From the NCBI GenBank assembly GCA_963702845.1, contig OY969763.1:3936001-4000000 (forward strand): a DNA stretch of 64,000 nucleotides, given 5' to 3'. The stretch comes from an uncultured Verrucomicrobiae bacterium (GTDB taxonomy: Bacteria; Verrucomicrobiota; Verrucomicrobiia; Limisphaerales; Palsa-1400). The translations under genes and the position numbers were made by a program. Position 1 is the first letter of the stretch. Each line of letters begins with the position of its first letter. Below, piece by piece: positions 1-9,965 of the stretch. The notes beneath the pieces were generated by a model, which was given only the letters and a program-made list of their open reading frames with translations, was not told the origin of the DNA and searched no databases.

Positions 1-48
1 GTTTTGGCCACCGATTTCGACGGCAAAACGACTTTGCTGGAGAACTAA
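1..48 (+). CDS. 3' end of a CDS entering from the left edge (...VLATDFDGKTTLLEN*)
   Basis: Open frame 1 from the window start to TAA at 46-48; product not identifiable. Confidence 0.4.
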   Translation, partial: VLATDFDGKTTLLEN

Positions 49-148
49 ACATCTAAGAGCCATTGGATCCGTTCGTCACACAAACGTAACGTTCGCTGGC
101 ACATTTTTTTCGTGCCATTCTGTCAGCTTGTGTTACCAAGGCGGCGTT

Positions 149-778
149 ATGTTCTCGCTCCAACAAATCCTCGGCAAAGAAGACAAGTTTTTCGACCTCT
201 TCGAAGAGAGTGCCGCTCACACGACGACGAGCGTGCACGCGTTGGTTTCGCTGATCAAAGACCCGAAACGACTGCAAAGCCTTGAGGAATTTTCCTCGGC
301 CCGTCGCAGCGAGAAAAAGACCTCCAACGCGATCAGTGACGCGCTCATCAATACGTTTGTCACGGCGCTCGAACGCGAAGACATCGAAGCGCTGGCCCAG
401 TCGCTCTATAAGATTCCAAAGACGATTGAGAAAGTAGGCGAACGCATTCTGCTCGCGCCGCAATATATCGAAGGCCAGGACTTCACACGCCAGGTCGCTA
501 TGCTCCAGGACGCGAGCACAACGCTTTGCACGATGCTCAAAGAAATGCGCAAAGGGTCAAACCTGGAAGAGATGAGATCACTGAACGCGCGGCTGCATGA
601 AATTGAAAGCAATCACGACGAATTCATGATGAGCGTGCTGCGCGAATTATATTCCGGCAAGCACGAGCCGATGAAAGCGATGTTCCTCATGGACCTGTTT
701 GAAATAATTGAAAAGGCGGTGGACCGCTTCCGCGACGCGGGAAATGTCATTAACCACATCGTCCTGAAAAATTCCTGA
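149..778 (+). CDS. DUF47 family (PhoU-like) phosphate transport accessory protein
   Basis: Motifs KEDKFFDLFE, TFVTALEREDIEAL and C-terminal IVLKNS; directly upstream of a PiT transporter; ATG at 149. Confidence 0.88.
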   Translation: MFSLQQILGKEDKFFDLFEESAAHTTTSVHALVSLIKDPKRLQSLEEFSSARRSEKKTSNAISDALINTFVTALEREDIEALAQSLYKIPKTIEKVGERILLAPQYIEGQDFTRQVAMLQDASTTLCTMLKEMRKGSNLEEMRSLNARLHEIESNHDEFMMSVLRELYSGKHEPMKAMFLMDLFEIIEKAVDRFRDAGNVINHIVLKNS

Positions 779-782
779 TCGC

Positions 783-1880
783 ATGGCCCTGATCCTGACG
801 GTCGTTTTCGTTGCCTTGTTGTTCGAATACATCAACGGCTTCCATGACACGGCCAATTCCATAGCCACGGTCGTCTCGACAAAGGTGCTATCGCCACGAC
901 AAGCGATTGTCCTCTCAGCCATCACCAATCTTTTGGGCGCGTTGTGGGGAACAGCCGTCGCGAAGACAATTGCCTCAGGACTCATCGACACTCACGTTGT
1001 CCCGGTCACGAGTCAGGCATTCATCTGCGCGTTACTTGGTGCGATCGTTTGGAACCTCATCACATGGTGGGTGGGTCTGCCCTCGAGTTCCAGTCACGCA
1101 CTGATCGGAGGATTGTGCGGTGCGGGTCTGGCAGCAGCGAAAGGCAATTGGCACGTTATCATTTGGTCGCAGCCGAGCGCCGAGCATTGGTGGAAAGGCA
1201 AAGGACTATTGTGGAAAGTGGTAATGCCAATGATTGTTTCACCGATCCTCGGTGCTGTCATCGGCTTCGTCATCATGGCGTTGCTTTACATCATGCTCCG
1301 CAACGCCAGGCCTCTTGCGGTGAACAGAACATTCAACAAATTGCAGATGGTCAGTGCCGCCAGCATGGGCTTCATGCACGGCACGAATGATGCACAAAAA
1401 ACAATGGGCATCATCGCGCTAGCACTTGTCGCCGGCACCACTGGCGGCGCTATTTAATAGCTTCCCGACTGGCTCCACTTCCTGCACACACCTGCCGCAG
1501 CGCCGGGACAGGACTTGCCAATCGCGACGTGGATCAAGGTCGTGTGCGCGATCACGATGTGCGCGGGCACGGCGGCTGGTGGCTGGCGCGTCATCCGCAC
1601 GTTAGGTCATAAAATGGTGAAGCTTCAACCGATCAACGGTTTTGCCGCCGAAACTAGTTCCGCCATTGTTATTCTAACGGCGACCGAGTTCGGCATTCCA
1701 GTTTCAACCACCCACAACATTTCCGCTGCGATTATGGGAGTGGGCGCGGCCAAACGTTTCAATGCCATCAAGTGGCCTGTTGTAGAACGCATCGTGTGGG
1801 CGTGGATTTTCACGATCCCAGTCGCAGGCGGAATCGCTTACGTTCTCGTTGAACTTCTCCGCTGGCTCAATTGGATGTAG
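783..1880 (+). CDS. pit: Inorganic phosphate transporter, PiT family (interrupted by in-frame TAA TAG at 1455-1460)
   Basis: PiT signatures NGFHDTANSIATVVST, GLPSSSSHAL, HGTNDAQKTMG, GIPVSTTH. ORFs 783-1457 and 1515-1880 are in the same frame. Confidence 0.9.
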
Positions 1881-1883
1881 CTC

Positions 1884-2798
1884 TCACGTCCCGCCTCGTT
1901 TTTCCAATTTCTTCCGAATATCGAGTAATTCCTTCCGACGCGTGTTGGTTACTGTTGGATACTGCGGTTTGAGGCGTTCCATCGTTTCGAGAATCACTTG
2001 AGAAATGATTAGTCGCGCATCGGCTTTGTCATCGGCCGGCACAACGTACCAAGGCGATTTATCCGTCGAAGTTGCGCCCAAACACTCACCGTAAGCGTGC
2101 ATGTAATCCTTCCAATACGCGCGCTCCTTCAAATCATCTGGACTGAATTTCCAATTTTTCTCGTGATCGTCGATTCGTTTCAGGAAACGTTGGCGCTGCT
2201 CATCTTTTGAGACGTGAAGAAAAAATTTTATGATGTGGGTGCCGTTGCGATAGAGATGCCGCTCGAAATTTCGGATTGATTGATAACGATGCTTCCAAAT
2301 GTTTCCGTCGTTCTCCACGTCCGGCACGCGCTCGGCCGCAAGTATGTTCTTGTGCACGCGCACAACCAGCACCTCTTCGTAATACGAGCGATTAAAAATT
2401 CCGATATGACCGCGCTCCGGCAAAACACGTGTCGAACGCCACAGAAAATCGTGCGCCAATTCCTGCGCGCTCGGGTGCTTGAAGCTGAACACCTGGCACC
2501 CCTGCGGATTTACGCCTGACATGACATGCTGGATGGCGCTGTCCTTTCCCGCAGCGTCCATTGCCTGGAATATGATTAACAACGCAAAACGATTGTCCGC
2601 ATAGAAGACCCGTTGCAGTTTGCTCAGGCGCTCTATGTGTTCGCCGAGGAAATCCTGGTAACACTCTTTCGAATCGCACAGCGGTTTGATGTGTGTGGGC
2701 CAGTTTTTTAGGTTGATTTTGGAGCCTTCAGCAACCCGAAACCGTTTCGTTTGTATCTTCACTTGCTCTACAATCGCATTCGCAGAGCCAACTTTCAA
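1884..2798 (-). CDS. ppk2: Polyphosphate kinase 2 family protein (start may be GTG at 2762)
   Basis: Walker A-like [52 protein letters not shown]. Confidence 0.93.
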   Translation of the reverse strand: MKVGSANAIVEQVKIQTKRFRVAEGSKINLKNWPTHIKPLCDSKECYQDFLGEHIERLSKLQRVFYADNRFALLIIFQAMDAAGKDSAIQHVMSGVNPQGCQVFSFKHPSAQELAHDFLWRSTRVLPERGHIGIFNRSYYEEVLVVRVHKNILAAERVPDVENDGNIWKHRYQSIRNFERHLYRNGTHIIKFFLHVSKDEQRQRFLKRIDDHEKNWKFSPDDLKERAYWKDYMHAYGECLGATSTDKSPWYVVPADDKADARLIISQVILETMERLKPQYPTVTNTRRKELLDIRKKLEKRGGT

Positions 2799-2877
2799 AA
2801 TCGAATAACGAACTCTGGTGATTATTCCACAGATTTCCGGTCACAATTTGCAATTTTAAGCCACTTGTTAAACGAGT

Positions 2878-4539
2878 ATGAAATTGGATGTCATGTCGAA
2901 TACAGCAACCTTGGATGATGCGGCGCTGGTGGCCGAGGTCCTGAATGGCAATCGTGACGCGTTCGGGTCACTGGTCGCGCGGTATCAATCGTCCGTATGC
3001 GGGTTGGCTTACAGCGCGTGCGGAAACGTTTCGCAGAGTGAAGACCTGGCGCAGGATACATTCATCATCGCGTTCCGGAAACTGGGCGACTTACAGGAAC
3101 CTGCGAAGTTCAAATCATGGCTTTATGGAATCGCGAGAAACCTTGTCCATAATAGCCATCGCAAAAAGACCCGTAATCCCATTGCCGTCTACGAACCGTT
3201 GGACGATGGCCTGACCACTACCGCGTCGGCTTCCACTCCGACCGAACATGCGATTACCAAAGAGGAGGAAGCAATTTTGTGGCGTTCGCTTGAGCAAATC
3301 CCGGAAACGTATCGCGAGCCGCTGGTTCTGTTTTATCGTGAACATCAGTCCATCAAACGCGTGGCCGAGATTCTGGAATTGTCCGAGGAAGCGGCACGGC
3401 AGCGATTGTCACGTGGTCGAAAATTGTTGCAGGAACGTGTCGTGGCCTTTGTTGAAGGGGCATTGGGACAAACCGCGCCGGGCCCGGCGTTCACGGTGGG
3501 CGTGTTGGCTGAGTTACCTGCGATGACGTTTTCTGCAAAAGCAGCAACGCTTGGGACCGCCGCCAAAGGTGGCACGATTGCAAAAACCGCGGGTCTGCTA
3601 GCTCCGTTCGGCGCGTTTTTGGCGCCAGTGTTCATGCTTTTTGGGATGTTGGTGGATTATCGCCAGAGGAAAAAAACCGGGCTTTCTACTGAGATGCTTA
3701 AAGCCTTAAAAATGTACTATATAACCGCTGCAATCAGCATCGTCGTTGTGGTGACGGTTGCTTGCGTTCTAGTAGGTCGCGGCGCGGCGATCATAAAAAC
3801 AAGCCCGGGATTGTTCGTCGTTTTAACTGCGGGTGGGGTTCTTGGCTATTTTTTAGCGATTGGAATTTTTGCCCGGAGGTTCATGGGCATTATGAAAGGA
3901 GCGGCTGCGCAACAATGGGTCGCTGTAACTCCGGCCAACGATGCGGGTTCCGTTTGGGAGTATCGCAGCCGCATTGAATTCCTGGGATTGCCGTTGATTC
4001 ACATCCGCCGGGGTGCGCAGATGTCTGATTCCTGCTGGAAACCAGTCAAAGCATGGATTGCGCTAACTGACGGTTTCGCGTTTGGTGGCTTGTTCGCTTA
4101 CGGCGGTGTGGCTATTGCGCCGGTGAGCATAGGCGCTTGCGCTATCGGTTTGTTGTCTTATGGAGCTATGGCGTTTGGCGCGCTCACATGGGCTGGATTC
4201 AGTTTTGGGATCTGGTCGTTCGGCGCTTTCGCATTTGGCTGGCAGGCATTTTCTGGCGGTTGCGCCGTCGCATGGAATTTGGCGTGGGGATACGAATATG
4301 CCATTGCGCACGATTACGCCCTCGGCGCCGGGACTGTCGCTGCCGCGCAGGCGAACACGCCTTTTGTCCAGGGGATGGTCGAATCATCCTGGGGTCACGA
4401 TTTTGCGATGGTGCTTGCGCCTTATTTCTACTGGCTGATGTGGGTCTGGGCGATTCCGATTATGGTTTCGATGGTTGCCAGTTGGATTCGCATCGGCAAA
4501 CGTCAGAAAATCTCCGCAGGAACGGTTGAAGGAAATTAA
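2878..4539 (+). CDS. ECF RNA polymerase sigma factor with long multi-TM C-terminal extension
   Basis: Sigma region 2 (SEDLAQDTF...FKSWLYGIARN) and region 4 (IPETYREPLVLFY...AARQRLSRGRKLL), followed by about 350 aa of hydrophobic Gly/Ala-rich segments including WEYRSRIEFLGLPLIHI. Confidence 0.88.
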   Translation: MKLDVMSNTATLDDAALVAEVLNGNRDAFGSLVARYQSSVCGLAYSACGNVSQSEDLAQDTFIIAFRKLGDLQEPAKFKSWLYGIARNLVHNSHRKKTRNPIAVYEPLDDGLTTTASASTPTEHAITKEEEAILWRSLEQIPETYREPLVLFYREHQSIKRVAEILELSEEAARQRLSRGRKLLQERVVAFVEGALGQTAPGPAFTVGVLAELPAMTFSAKAATLGTAAKGGTIAKTAGLLAPFGAFLAPVFMLFGMLVDYRQRKKTGLSTEMLKALKMYYITAAISIVVVVTVACVLVGRGAAIIKTSPGLFVVLTAGGVLGYFLAIGIFARRFMGIMKGAAAQQWVAVTPANDAGSVWEYRSRIEFLGLPLIHIRRGAQMSDSCWKPVKAWIALTDGFAFGGLFAYGGVAIAPVSIGACAIGLLSYGAMAFGALTWAGFSFGIWSFGAFAFGWQAFSGGCAVAWNLAWGYEYAIAHDYALGAGTVAAAQANTPFVQGMVESSWGHDFAMVLAPYFYWLMWVWAIPIMVSMVASWIRIGKRQKISAGTVEGN

Positions 4540-4543
4540 CGGA

Positions 4544-4617
4544 TGGAGCGGGTGAAGGGAATCGAACCCTCGTGTGAAGCTTGGAAGGCTTCCGTTCTAC
4601 CATTGAACTACACCCGC
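4544..4617 (-). tRNA. tRNA-Gly (anticodon TCC), CCA encoded
   Basis: Reverse complement GCGGGTGTAGTTCAATGGTAGAACGGAAGCCTTCCAAGCTTCACACGAGGGTTCGATTCCCTTCACCCGCTCCA folds as a cloverleaf with a TTCGA T-loop. Confidence 0.97.
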
Positions 4618-4668
4618 TTCCGATACGATTGAGAGTTTAGCGGTTAACCTCGAAACTTCAAGAGACAA

Positions 4669-5865
4669 CTACAGTTCGCGTAAGGCCGGCGCAATCTGCA
4701 TCCGCGCAGCGCGAATTGCTGGGAAAAGGCCGCCGAAAAATCCAATGATCGCAGCGAATACGGCTCCCTGCACCAGCAATTCCGGCGTGACCGCAAACGC
4801 AAACGCCACCTGGCTGAAGCTTTGGAAATTCATCGTCGCAGCTTGATAGCCGTCGAACATCAGGTAGGCGACAGTTCCGCCGATAACGCCACCGAGCAAC
4901 GCGAGAACGAGCGATTCGATCAAGACCGATATGATTACTGGCGCCGTGCCAAAACCCAGAGCGCGCAAGGTGGCGATTTCCCGCGTCCTCGCCGCAACCG
5001 CTGAATACATCGTATTCAACGCGCCGAAAACCGCACCTATCGCCATCAGCACCGCGACGACGGTGCCCAGACCCGTAATGATGCTGAACATCACGCGTGA
5101 CTGGTCGGCGTAATATTCGCTTTCGCGCTTTACCGACACTTTGATGCGCGGGTCCGAAGTCAGTTCGTCGCTAAAGGCCTGATATTCCTTCGGCGATTTC
5201 AATTTGCAATAGACCGTCTGAAACGTGCTGGCGCGATGATACGTTTGTTGAATCAATGGAGCATCGGCCCAGACTTCCGATTCGGAAATGCCGCCGTCGC
5301 TGGTGAAAATGCCCACCACTTTCCATTGCTGACCCGCCACTGGAATGCTGTGTCCAAGCTCGAGACCGGCAAATTCGTTTGCAGCCGAGCGACCGACAAT
5401 AATTTCGTTGCGGCCCGGTTCGAATTTGCGACCAGCAACAATTTTGAGATTCCTGCGGACTAGGTAGGCCTGTTGATGGACTCCGCGCAAAGGAATATTC
5501 GCGTCAGTTCCAGTCGAACGCTTCGGCAGATTGATGATGACATACAGTTCAACCGAAGCGATGGGGCCGTTTACATCACGCGCGAGATGCGGCGAGTCAC
5601 TCACTACCCTGCCCTCTTCCATCGTTAAGTTGCTCGTCATTTCATTATCGGACCCGGTTCGCATGACCAACGCACAGTCCGGTTGTCCGGCAACAGTCAT
5701 GGCTTGCCGGAATCCGTATGCGATCGACAAAACACCAACGAGCACAGCCACGACTCCAGCGATGCCGAACGTCGTCGCCAATGCAGATCCTTTCCGTTCA
5801 GGAACGCTCAGCAAGCTGAACTTCGTCACCACAACAATTTGACTGAGCCAATTGGTGAACGTCAT
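4669..5865 (-). CDS. ABC transporter permease, MacB/FtsX-like
   Basis: N-terminal TM, large periplasmic domain, NTMYSAVAARTREIATLRALGF motif and three further TMs. Confidence 0.88.
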   Translation of the reverse strand: MTFTNWLSQIVVVTKFSLLSVPERKGSALATTFGIAGVVAVLVGVLSIAYGFRQAMTVAGQPDCALVMRTGSDNEMTSNLTMEEGRVVSDSPHLARDVNGPIASVELYVIINLPKRSTGTDANIPLRGVHQQAYLVRRNLKIVAGRKFEPGRNEIIVGRSAANEFAGLELGHSIPVAGQQWKVVGIFTSDGGISESEVWADAPLIQQTYHRASTFQTVYCKLKSPKEYQAFSDELTSDPRIKVSVKRESEYYADQSRVMFSIITGLGTVVAVLMAIGAVFGALNTMYSAVAARTREIATLRALGFGTAPVIISVLIESLVLALLGGVIGGTVAYLMFDGYQAATMNFQSFSQVAFAFAVTPELLVQGAVFAAIIGFFGGLFPAIRAARMQIAPALREL

Positions 5866-5868
5866 AGA

Positions 5869-7026
5869 TCACATTCTGCGCAGTGCATCTGCCAAATTAA
5901 GCCGCATCGCCTGGATTGCCGGGCCGATGCCCGCCAGCAATCCGAGCGCGAAAACAATGCCGACGCCGAGAGCGACGTCGATGTTCGGGAAATAGAACAA
6001 TGGCAATGCGCCATGCGTTGGGTCGCCGAATGAAATAAACAACTTCGAGAGGGCAAGCCCAACAAACCCAGCGCTGCCCGCCAGCAAACAAGATTCGACC
6101 AGCACCAGCACGAGCACTTGCACGTTGGTGAACCCGATTGCTTTCAACACGCCAAGTTCCTCGCGTCGTTCGCGCACCGCTTGCGCCATCGTGTTCCCCG
6201 CAACGAGCAGGATCGTGAAAAACACCGCGCTTAAGATCGCGATCATGATCTTCCCGATGTCACCAACCTGCTTGGCGAATCCTTGCATGAACGCTTTTTC
6301 TGCTTCGGCCTTTGTCTCGGCAGAAGAATTAGCAAACTCGCGATCAATATCGCCGGCAATGCGTTCGGTTTGCGAGGAGTCGGTGACGCGAAGCACGTAC
6401 CAGCCCACCTGGCCTTTCCTGAAAGCGCGCGTTTCGTCGAAATAATCATAACGAAAGATCAAAGCCGTCGTATCCGTCGCTCTCGTCGCGCCGTCGAAAA
6501 TTCCGACGATGTCAAAAACCCACGCGCTCATGTCATGATTCGGCTTTTCCCAAATCGTCGGGGTGATCGGGATGCGATCGCCAACTTTAAACCCGAATTT
6601 CTCCGCCGTTTTTCTTCCCAGAATCGCGCCAGTTCGCGTATCCATCCAGGCCTTCTTTTCTTTTTCGCTCAGTATAACTTCCGGATAAACGTCCAGATAG
6701 TCTTTGGGTTCTACCGGCATTTGCGCAAAGAAATTGCGCGCTTCCTTGTAATAGCCCCCAAACCAGGACGAGTGCGCAACGGTGCGAACGCCCTTGATCG
6801 CCTCCATGCGCCCTTTGTAACTGACGGGTAACGATTCAATCAGGGAAACTTTATTGCGCACAACCAGGCGGTCAGCGCCGGCGAATGAAACGCCCGCACT
6901 GAACGCTTCGCGAACCGCCACCAGATAGCCGTAAAGCACAAACGCAATCAGGATCGACAGAAAGGTCAGCGTGGTGCGCAGCTTTTTCCGGAAGAGATTG
7001 GCGATTATGAGACTAACGAACTTCAC
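5869..7026 (-). CDS. ABC transporter permease, MacB/FtsX-like (partner subunit)
   Basis: NLFRKKLRTTLT N-terminus, NTMAQAVRERREELGVLKAIGF motif; probable GTG start at 7026. Confidence 0.88.
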   Translation of the reverse strand: MKFVSLIIANLFRKKLRTTLTFLSILIAFVLYGYLVAVREAFSAGVSFAGADRLVVRNKVSLIESLPVSYKGRMEAIKGVRTVAHSSWFGGYYKEARNFFAQMPVEPKDYLDVYPEVILSEKEKKAWMDTRTGAILGRKTAEKFGFKVGDRIPITPTIWEKPNHDMSAWVFDIVGIFDGATRATDTTALIFRYDYFDETRAFRKGQVGWYVLRVTDSSQTERIAGDIDREFANSSAETKAEAEKAFMQGFAKQVGDIGKIMIAILSAVFFTILLVAGNTMAQAVRERREELGVLKAIGFTNVQVLVLVLVESCLLAGSAGFVGLALSKLFISFGDPTHGALPLFYFPNIDVALGVGIVFALGLLAGIGPAIQAMRLNLADALRRM

Positions 7027-7075
7027 AGTAACACTCTTTAATAGTCTCAATCACGCTCGCGCCCAAACGAATTCT

Positions 7076-7708
7076 TCAGCGGGTCGCGACCGGGGCCACC
7101 TTCTTGAAACTGACCTCTCTCAGATAGATTGGCTCGAGTTTTTCACCTGCGATGAAGTCAGTGCGATTCGAGGCAATCTGACCAAGCATGGCGGCTTGAG
7201 GATAGAGCAGTGCAGAGTTCTGTGCAGCAGAGTCCGGCCCCACGATGATTGTCCCACTTGCCGCTAACGCTTTCACTTCGGCAGCAGGCACGATGCGCAA
7301 TGGCTCAATCTCTCGTCGATGGTTCTCAGTCACTTCGTAAACGGCCAAATAAAACTCCTCGCGTTGCGCATCAACGACGACCGCCATCTTACCAAAAACT
7401 TTTTCGCGTTGCGCCTGCGCAGCGACGCATTCCACGCTACTGACGCCGAGTAATCTGATCTCGCGCGCAAGTTGCCAGCCTTGTGCCAGCGAAATTCCGC
7501 CACGAATTCCGGTGTACGAACCAGGTCCAGTACCAACGGCAATGCACTCAATTTCGTCACGTTCAACGCTACTGCTCGCAAGCGCGCGCTCGACCAGCGC
7601 GATCGCCGCGCGCCCCCCCATTTCAAACGCTTCCCCCAACACGCGGCCGTTCTCAACGACTGCGACGCTGCGCCGTTCGGAAGAGAATTCAACCGCCAAA
7701 ATCTTCAT
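7076..7708 (-). CDS. tsaB: tRNA threonylcarbamoyladenosine biosynthesis protein TsaB
   Basis: IAVGTGPGSYTGIR, VDAQREEFY and C-terminal LEPIYLR motifs; adjacent to tsaE. Confidence 0.93.
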   Translation of the reverse strand: MKILAVEFSSERRSVAVVENGRVLGEAFEMGGRAAIALVERALASSSVERDEIECIAVGTGPGSYTGIRGGISLAQGWQLAREIRLLGVSSVECVAAQAQREKVFGKMAVVVDAQREEFYLAVYEVTENHRREIEPLRIVPAAEVKALAASGTIIVGPDSAAQNSALLYPQAAMLGQIASNRTDFIAGEKLEPIYLREVSFKKVAPVATR

Positions 7709-8126
7709 ACGTTATTTCGCGATCCGTTTCGCTGAGTTGTTTGATTTGCACGCGCCGATATCTTGCGCCGGGAACTTCATTCGTATCCAGCCAGCGCTCG
7801 ATCCATTCAACGATCGCCACTCCTTTTGGTCCGGCAAGGTATGGCTCCAAACCTGCGCCGATGATTTGTTCACGGGTGTCGAGACGGTAAAGGTCGAGAT
7901 GGAACATTGGCAACCGCCCGCTGCGATATTCATTCACGAGTGCAAACGTTGGAGACAGGATGCGTTCGCTGACGCCAAGACCGCGCGCGATGCCTTTGGT
8001 CAGTTGGGTTTTGCCCGCGCCGAGATCGCCTGATAAACCAATCACCAGACCGGCACTTGCTTCCCTGCCCCACTGCGCTCCCAACGCTTCCGTTTCCGCA
8101 GCGCTATGAGAAATGTGCGTAGCCAT
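7689..8126 (-). CDS. tsaE: tRNA threonylcarbamoyladenosine ATPase TsaE
   Basis: GDLGAGKT, SPTFALVNEY, HLDLYRL, IVEW motifs. Confidence 0.95.
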   Translation of the reverse strand: MATHISHSAAETEALGAQWGREASAGLVIGLSGDLGAGKTQLTKGIARGLGVSERILSPTFALVNEYRSGRLPMFHLDLYRLDTREQIIGAGLEPYLAGPKGVAIVEWIERWLDTNEVPGARYRRVQIKQLSETDREITYEDFGG

Positions 8127-9042
8127 GGATATTTAGCTCACGAACGCCGTGTTGATCGCGAATTTTCAGACCGGGTATGGCAGTGATTTTGCCGATACAC
8201 GTCAGCCGTGTGTCCGGAAAATGTTTCTTCCAACCGTCCAGCAGCGCAACCGCATTTTTACTTGGCGACGTGAACAGCAGTTCAAAATCTTCGCCGTCGC
8301 TCAACGCAGCGATCAACGGCGTTTTTCCGTTCGATTTAGTTTTCGTCTGCAGTTTGGCAGCGCGACTGATTGGGATCGAACCCGCACGAATTTCAGCGCC
8401 GACGTTGCTGGCAGTGAGGATGTGCCGCAAGTCTCCAGCGAGCCCGTCACTCAAATCGATCATCGAGTGGATGTCGAAATGGTCAGCAAGCCAATGCGCC
8501 TCACGAATGCGCGGGTGGAAGTGCAAATGTTTCTCGGCGATGGATCCTCCCAGTTCCCCAGTGACAAACAGCGCGTCGCCGCCCTTCGCGCCCGAACGTC
8601 TGATACACTTGTCGCTCGCGACATCTCCCAGCAACGAAATGGAGATGAGCACGCGTTCCGGATTGGTCGTCGTTTCGCCGCCGACGATCGCAACGCCATA
8701 CTCACGCGCCACCGCCGACATTCCTTCGTAGATTTTATGCACGTATTCCACGTCGAAATTTTTTGGCAACGCAATCGTCACCAGCGCCGCAATTGGCCTA
8801 CCTGCCATCGCTGCTATGTCGCTTAAGCAACGCGCCAACGCTTTATGCCCGACGCGCACAGGGTCGGCGTCAGTCTCAAAATGAATCCCCTGCACGACAG
8901 CATCCGTTTTGAACAGGAGATATCGACCGGGCTGGCCGGAATCGAGCACAGCACAATCATCGCCAGCGCTCTCGATGACAAACGAATTTGTCGGCAGCGA
9001 CTTGGTCAGTTTTGAAATCAGTTCGAATTCGTTCACGTTCAA
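8104..9042 (-). CDS. thiL: Thiamine-monophosphate kinase
   Basis: EFELI, GDDCAV, LSDIAAMAG, GGET, MIDLSDGL, GEDFELLFT and C-terminal GYAHF. Confidence 0.95.
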   Translation of the reverse strand: MNVNEFELISKLTKSLPTNSFVIESAGDDCAVLDSGQPGRYLLFKTDAVVQGIHFETDADPVRVGHKALARCLSDIAAMAGRPIAALVTIALPKNFDVEYVHKIYEGMSAVAREYGVAIVGGETTTNPERVLISISLLGDVASDKCIRRSGAKGGDALFVTGELGGSIAEKHLHFHPRIREAHWLADHFDIHSMIDLSDGLAGDLRHILTASNVGAEIRAGSIPISRAAKLQTKTKSNGKTPLIAALSDGEDFELLFTSPSKNAVALLDGWKKHFPDTRLTCIGKITAIPGLKIRDQHGVRELNIHGYAHFS

Positions 9043-9833
9043 TGAATCGGTGGCAAAGGCAGCCCGCGGTTTGCCTGTTCCTGAAACAGCAGTAACAGAA
9101 AGTTAGCAAGATTAAACATGCTGTGCGCGGCAATGGGCGCCAGCAAATTGTCAGTCGATTCGTAGAGTAAAATTAAAACCATCGCAAAAAACGCGAGCGG
9201 AACGAACGTCACCCCGCTCATGTGAAACGCTGCGAAAACGATCGAGGTCCCCCAAAATGCAAGGCGCGGAAACCCCGCCTGCTTCAGCGTCGGGTACATC
9301 AAACCGCGAAAAAGTGATTCCTCCACAACCGGTGCGCCGACGATGGCGAGCACCGCCAGCAATGCACGCTGAAAGGGCGGCATTTCCGGCTTTTGCAACT
9401 CCTGCACCACTCGTTGCGCTTCGGGATGAAGGTGCAGATGACTCATTACCCAGTCCGACAATACCATCAGCTCCCCCGTAATGGGTATAACCAACATCCC
9501 AGTCAATAGCCCGATCCCGATCGCAAACCAACTCCCTCGGCGACCAAATCCAAACCCATCTTTCCACGTCATCCGATTCTCGCGCAGGAAAACTGCTATC
9601 CAAATCACCGCCGCTGCTTGCAAAAAGACCAATGAAATAATCAAGCCAAGCACGCTCCGCATTTGTTCGCTGATACCGAGTTTAAAGTGGTAGAGCAAAC
9701 CGACGATAATGTTGCCGAAACAGTACGTGGAGAAAACGCCGAGAAACAAACGAAACACGGCGTGGCCACTCCAGGGTCTGTGTGACAACATCGGGTTAAC
9801 GTAAACAGACCAGCCCGCCTCGGCAAGCGACAC
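9039..9833 (-). CDS. CPBP (CAAX/Abi) family intramembrane metalloprotease
   Basis: Multi-TM protein with APVVEESLFRG, FAAFH and AHSMFN motifs. Confidence 0.88.
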   Translation of the reverse strand: MSLAEAGWSVYVNPMLSHRPWSGHAVFRLFLGVFSTYCFGNIIVGLLYHFKLGISEQMRSVLGLIISLVFLQAAAVIWIAVFLRENRMTWKDGFGFGRRGSWFAIGIGLLTGMLVIPITGELMVLSDWVMSHLHLHPEAQRVVQELQKPEMPPFQRALLAVLAIVGAPVVEESLFRGLMYPTLKQAGFPRLAFWGTSIVFAAFHMSGVTFVPLAFFAMVLILLYESTDNLLAPIAAHSMFNLANFLLLLFQEQANRGLPLPPIH

Positions 9834-9965
9834 GTTTGCAATGCTGTCGGGAAATGCACGATTGCGGAAATTCTCACAATTTGTGCATCTTTGAGGCCAC
9901 TCGTGACGTCTACCAAAGGCATTGACATTGAATTTTTCACCATGCGACCATCGTCAACTTACAAA

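Noticed and set aside
4544..4617. tRNA-Gly as an integration site of a genomic island
   Set aside because: No integrase nearby and no duplicated tRNA 3' end noticed.
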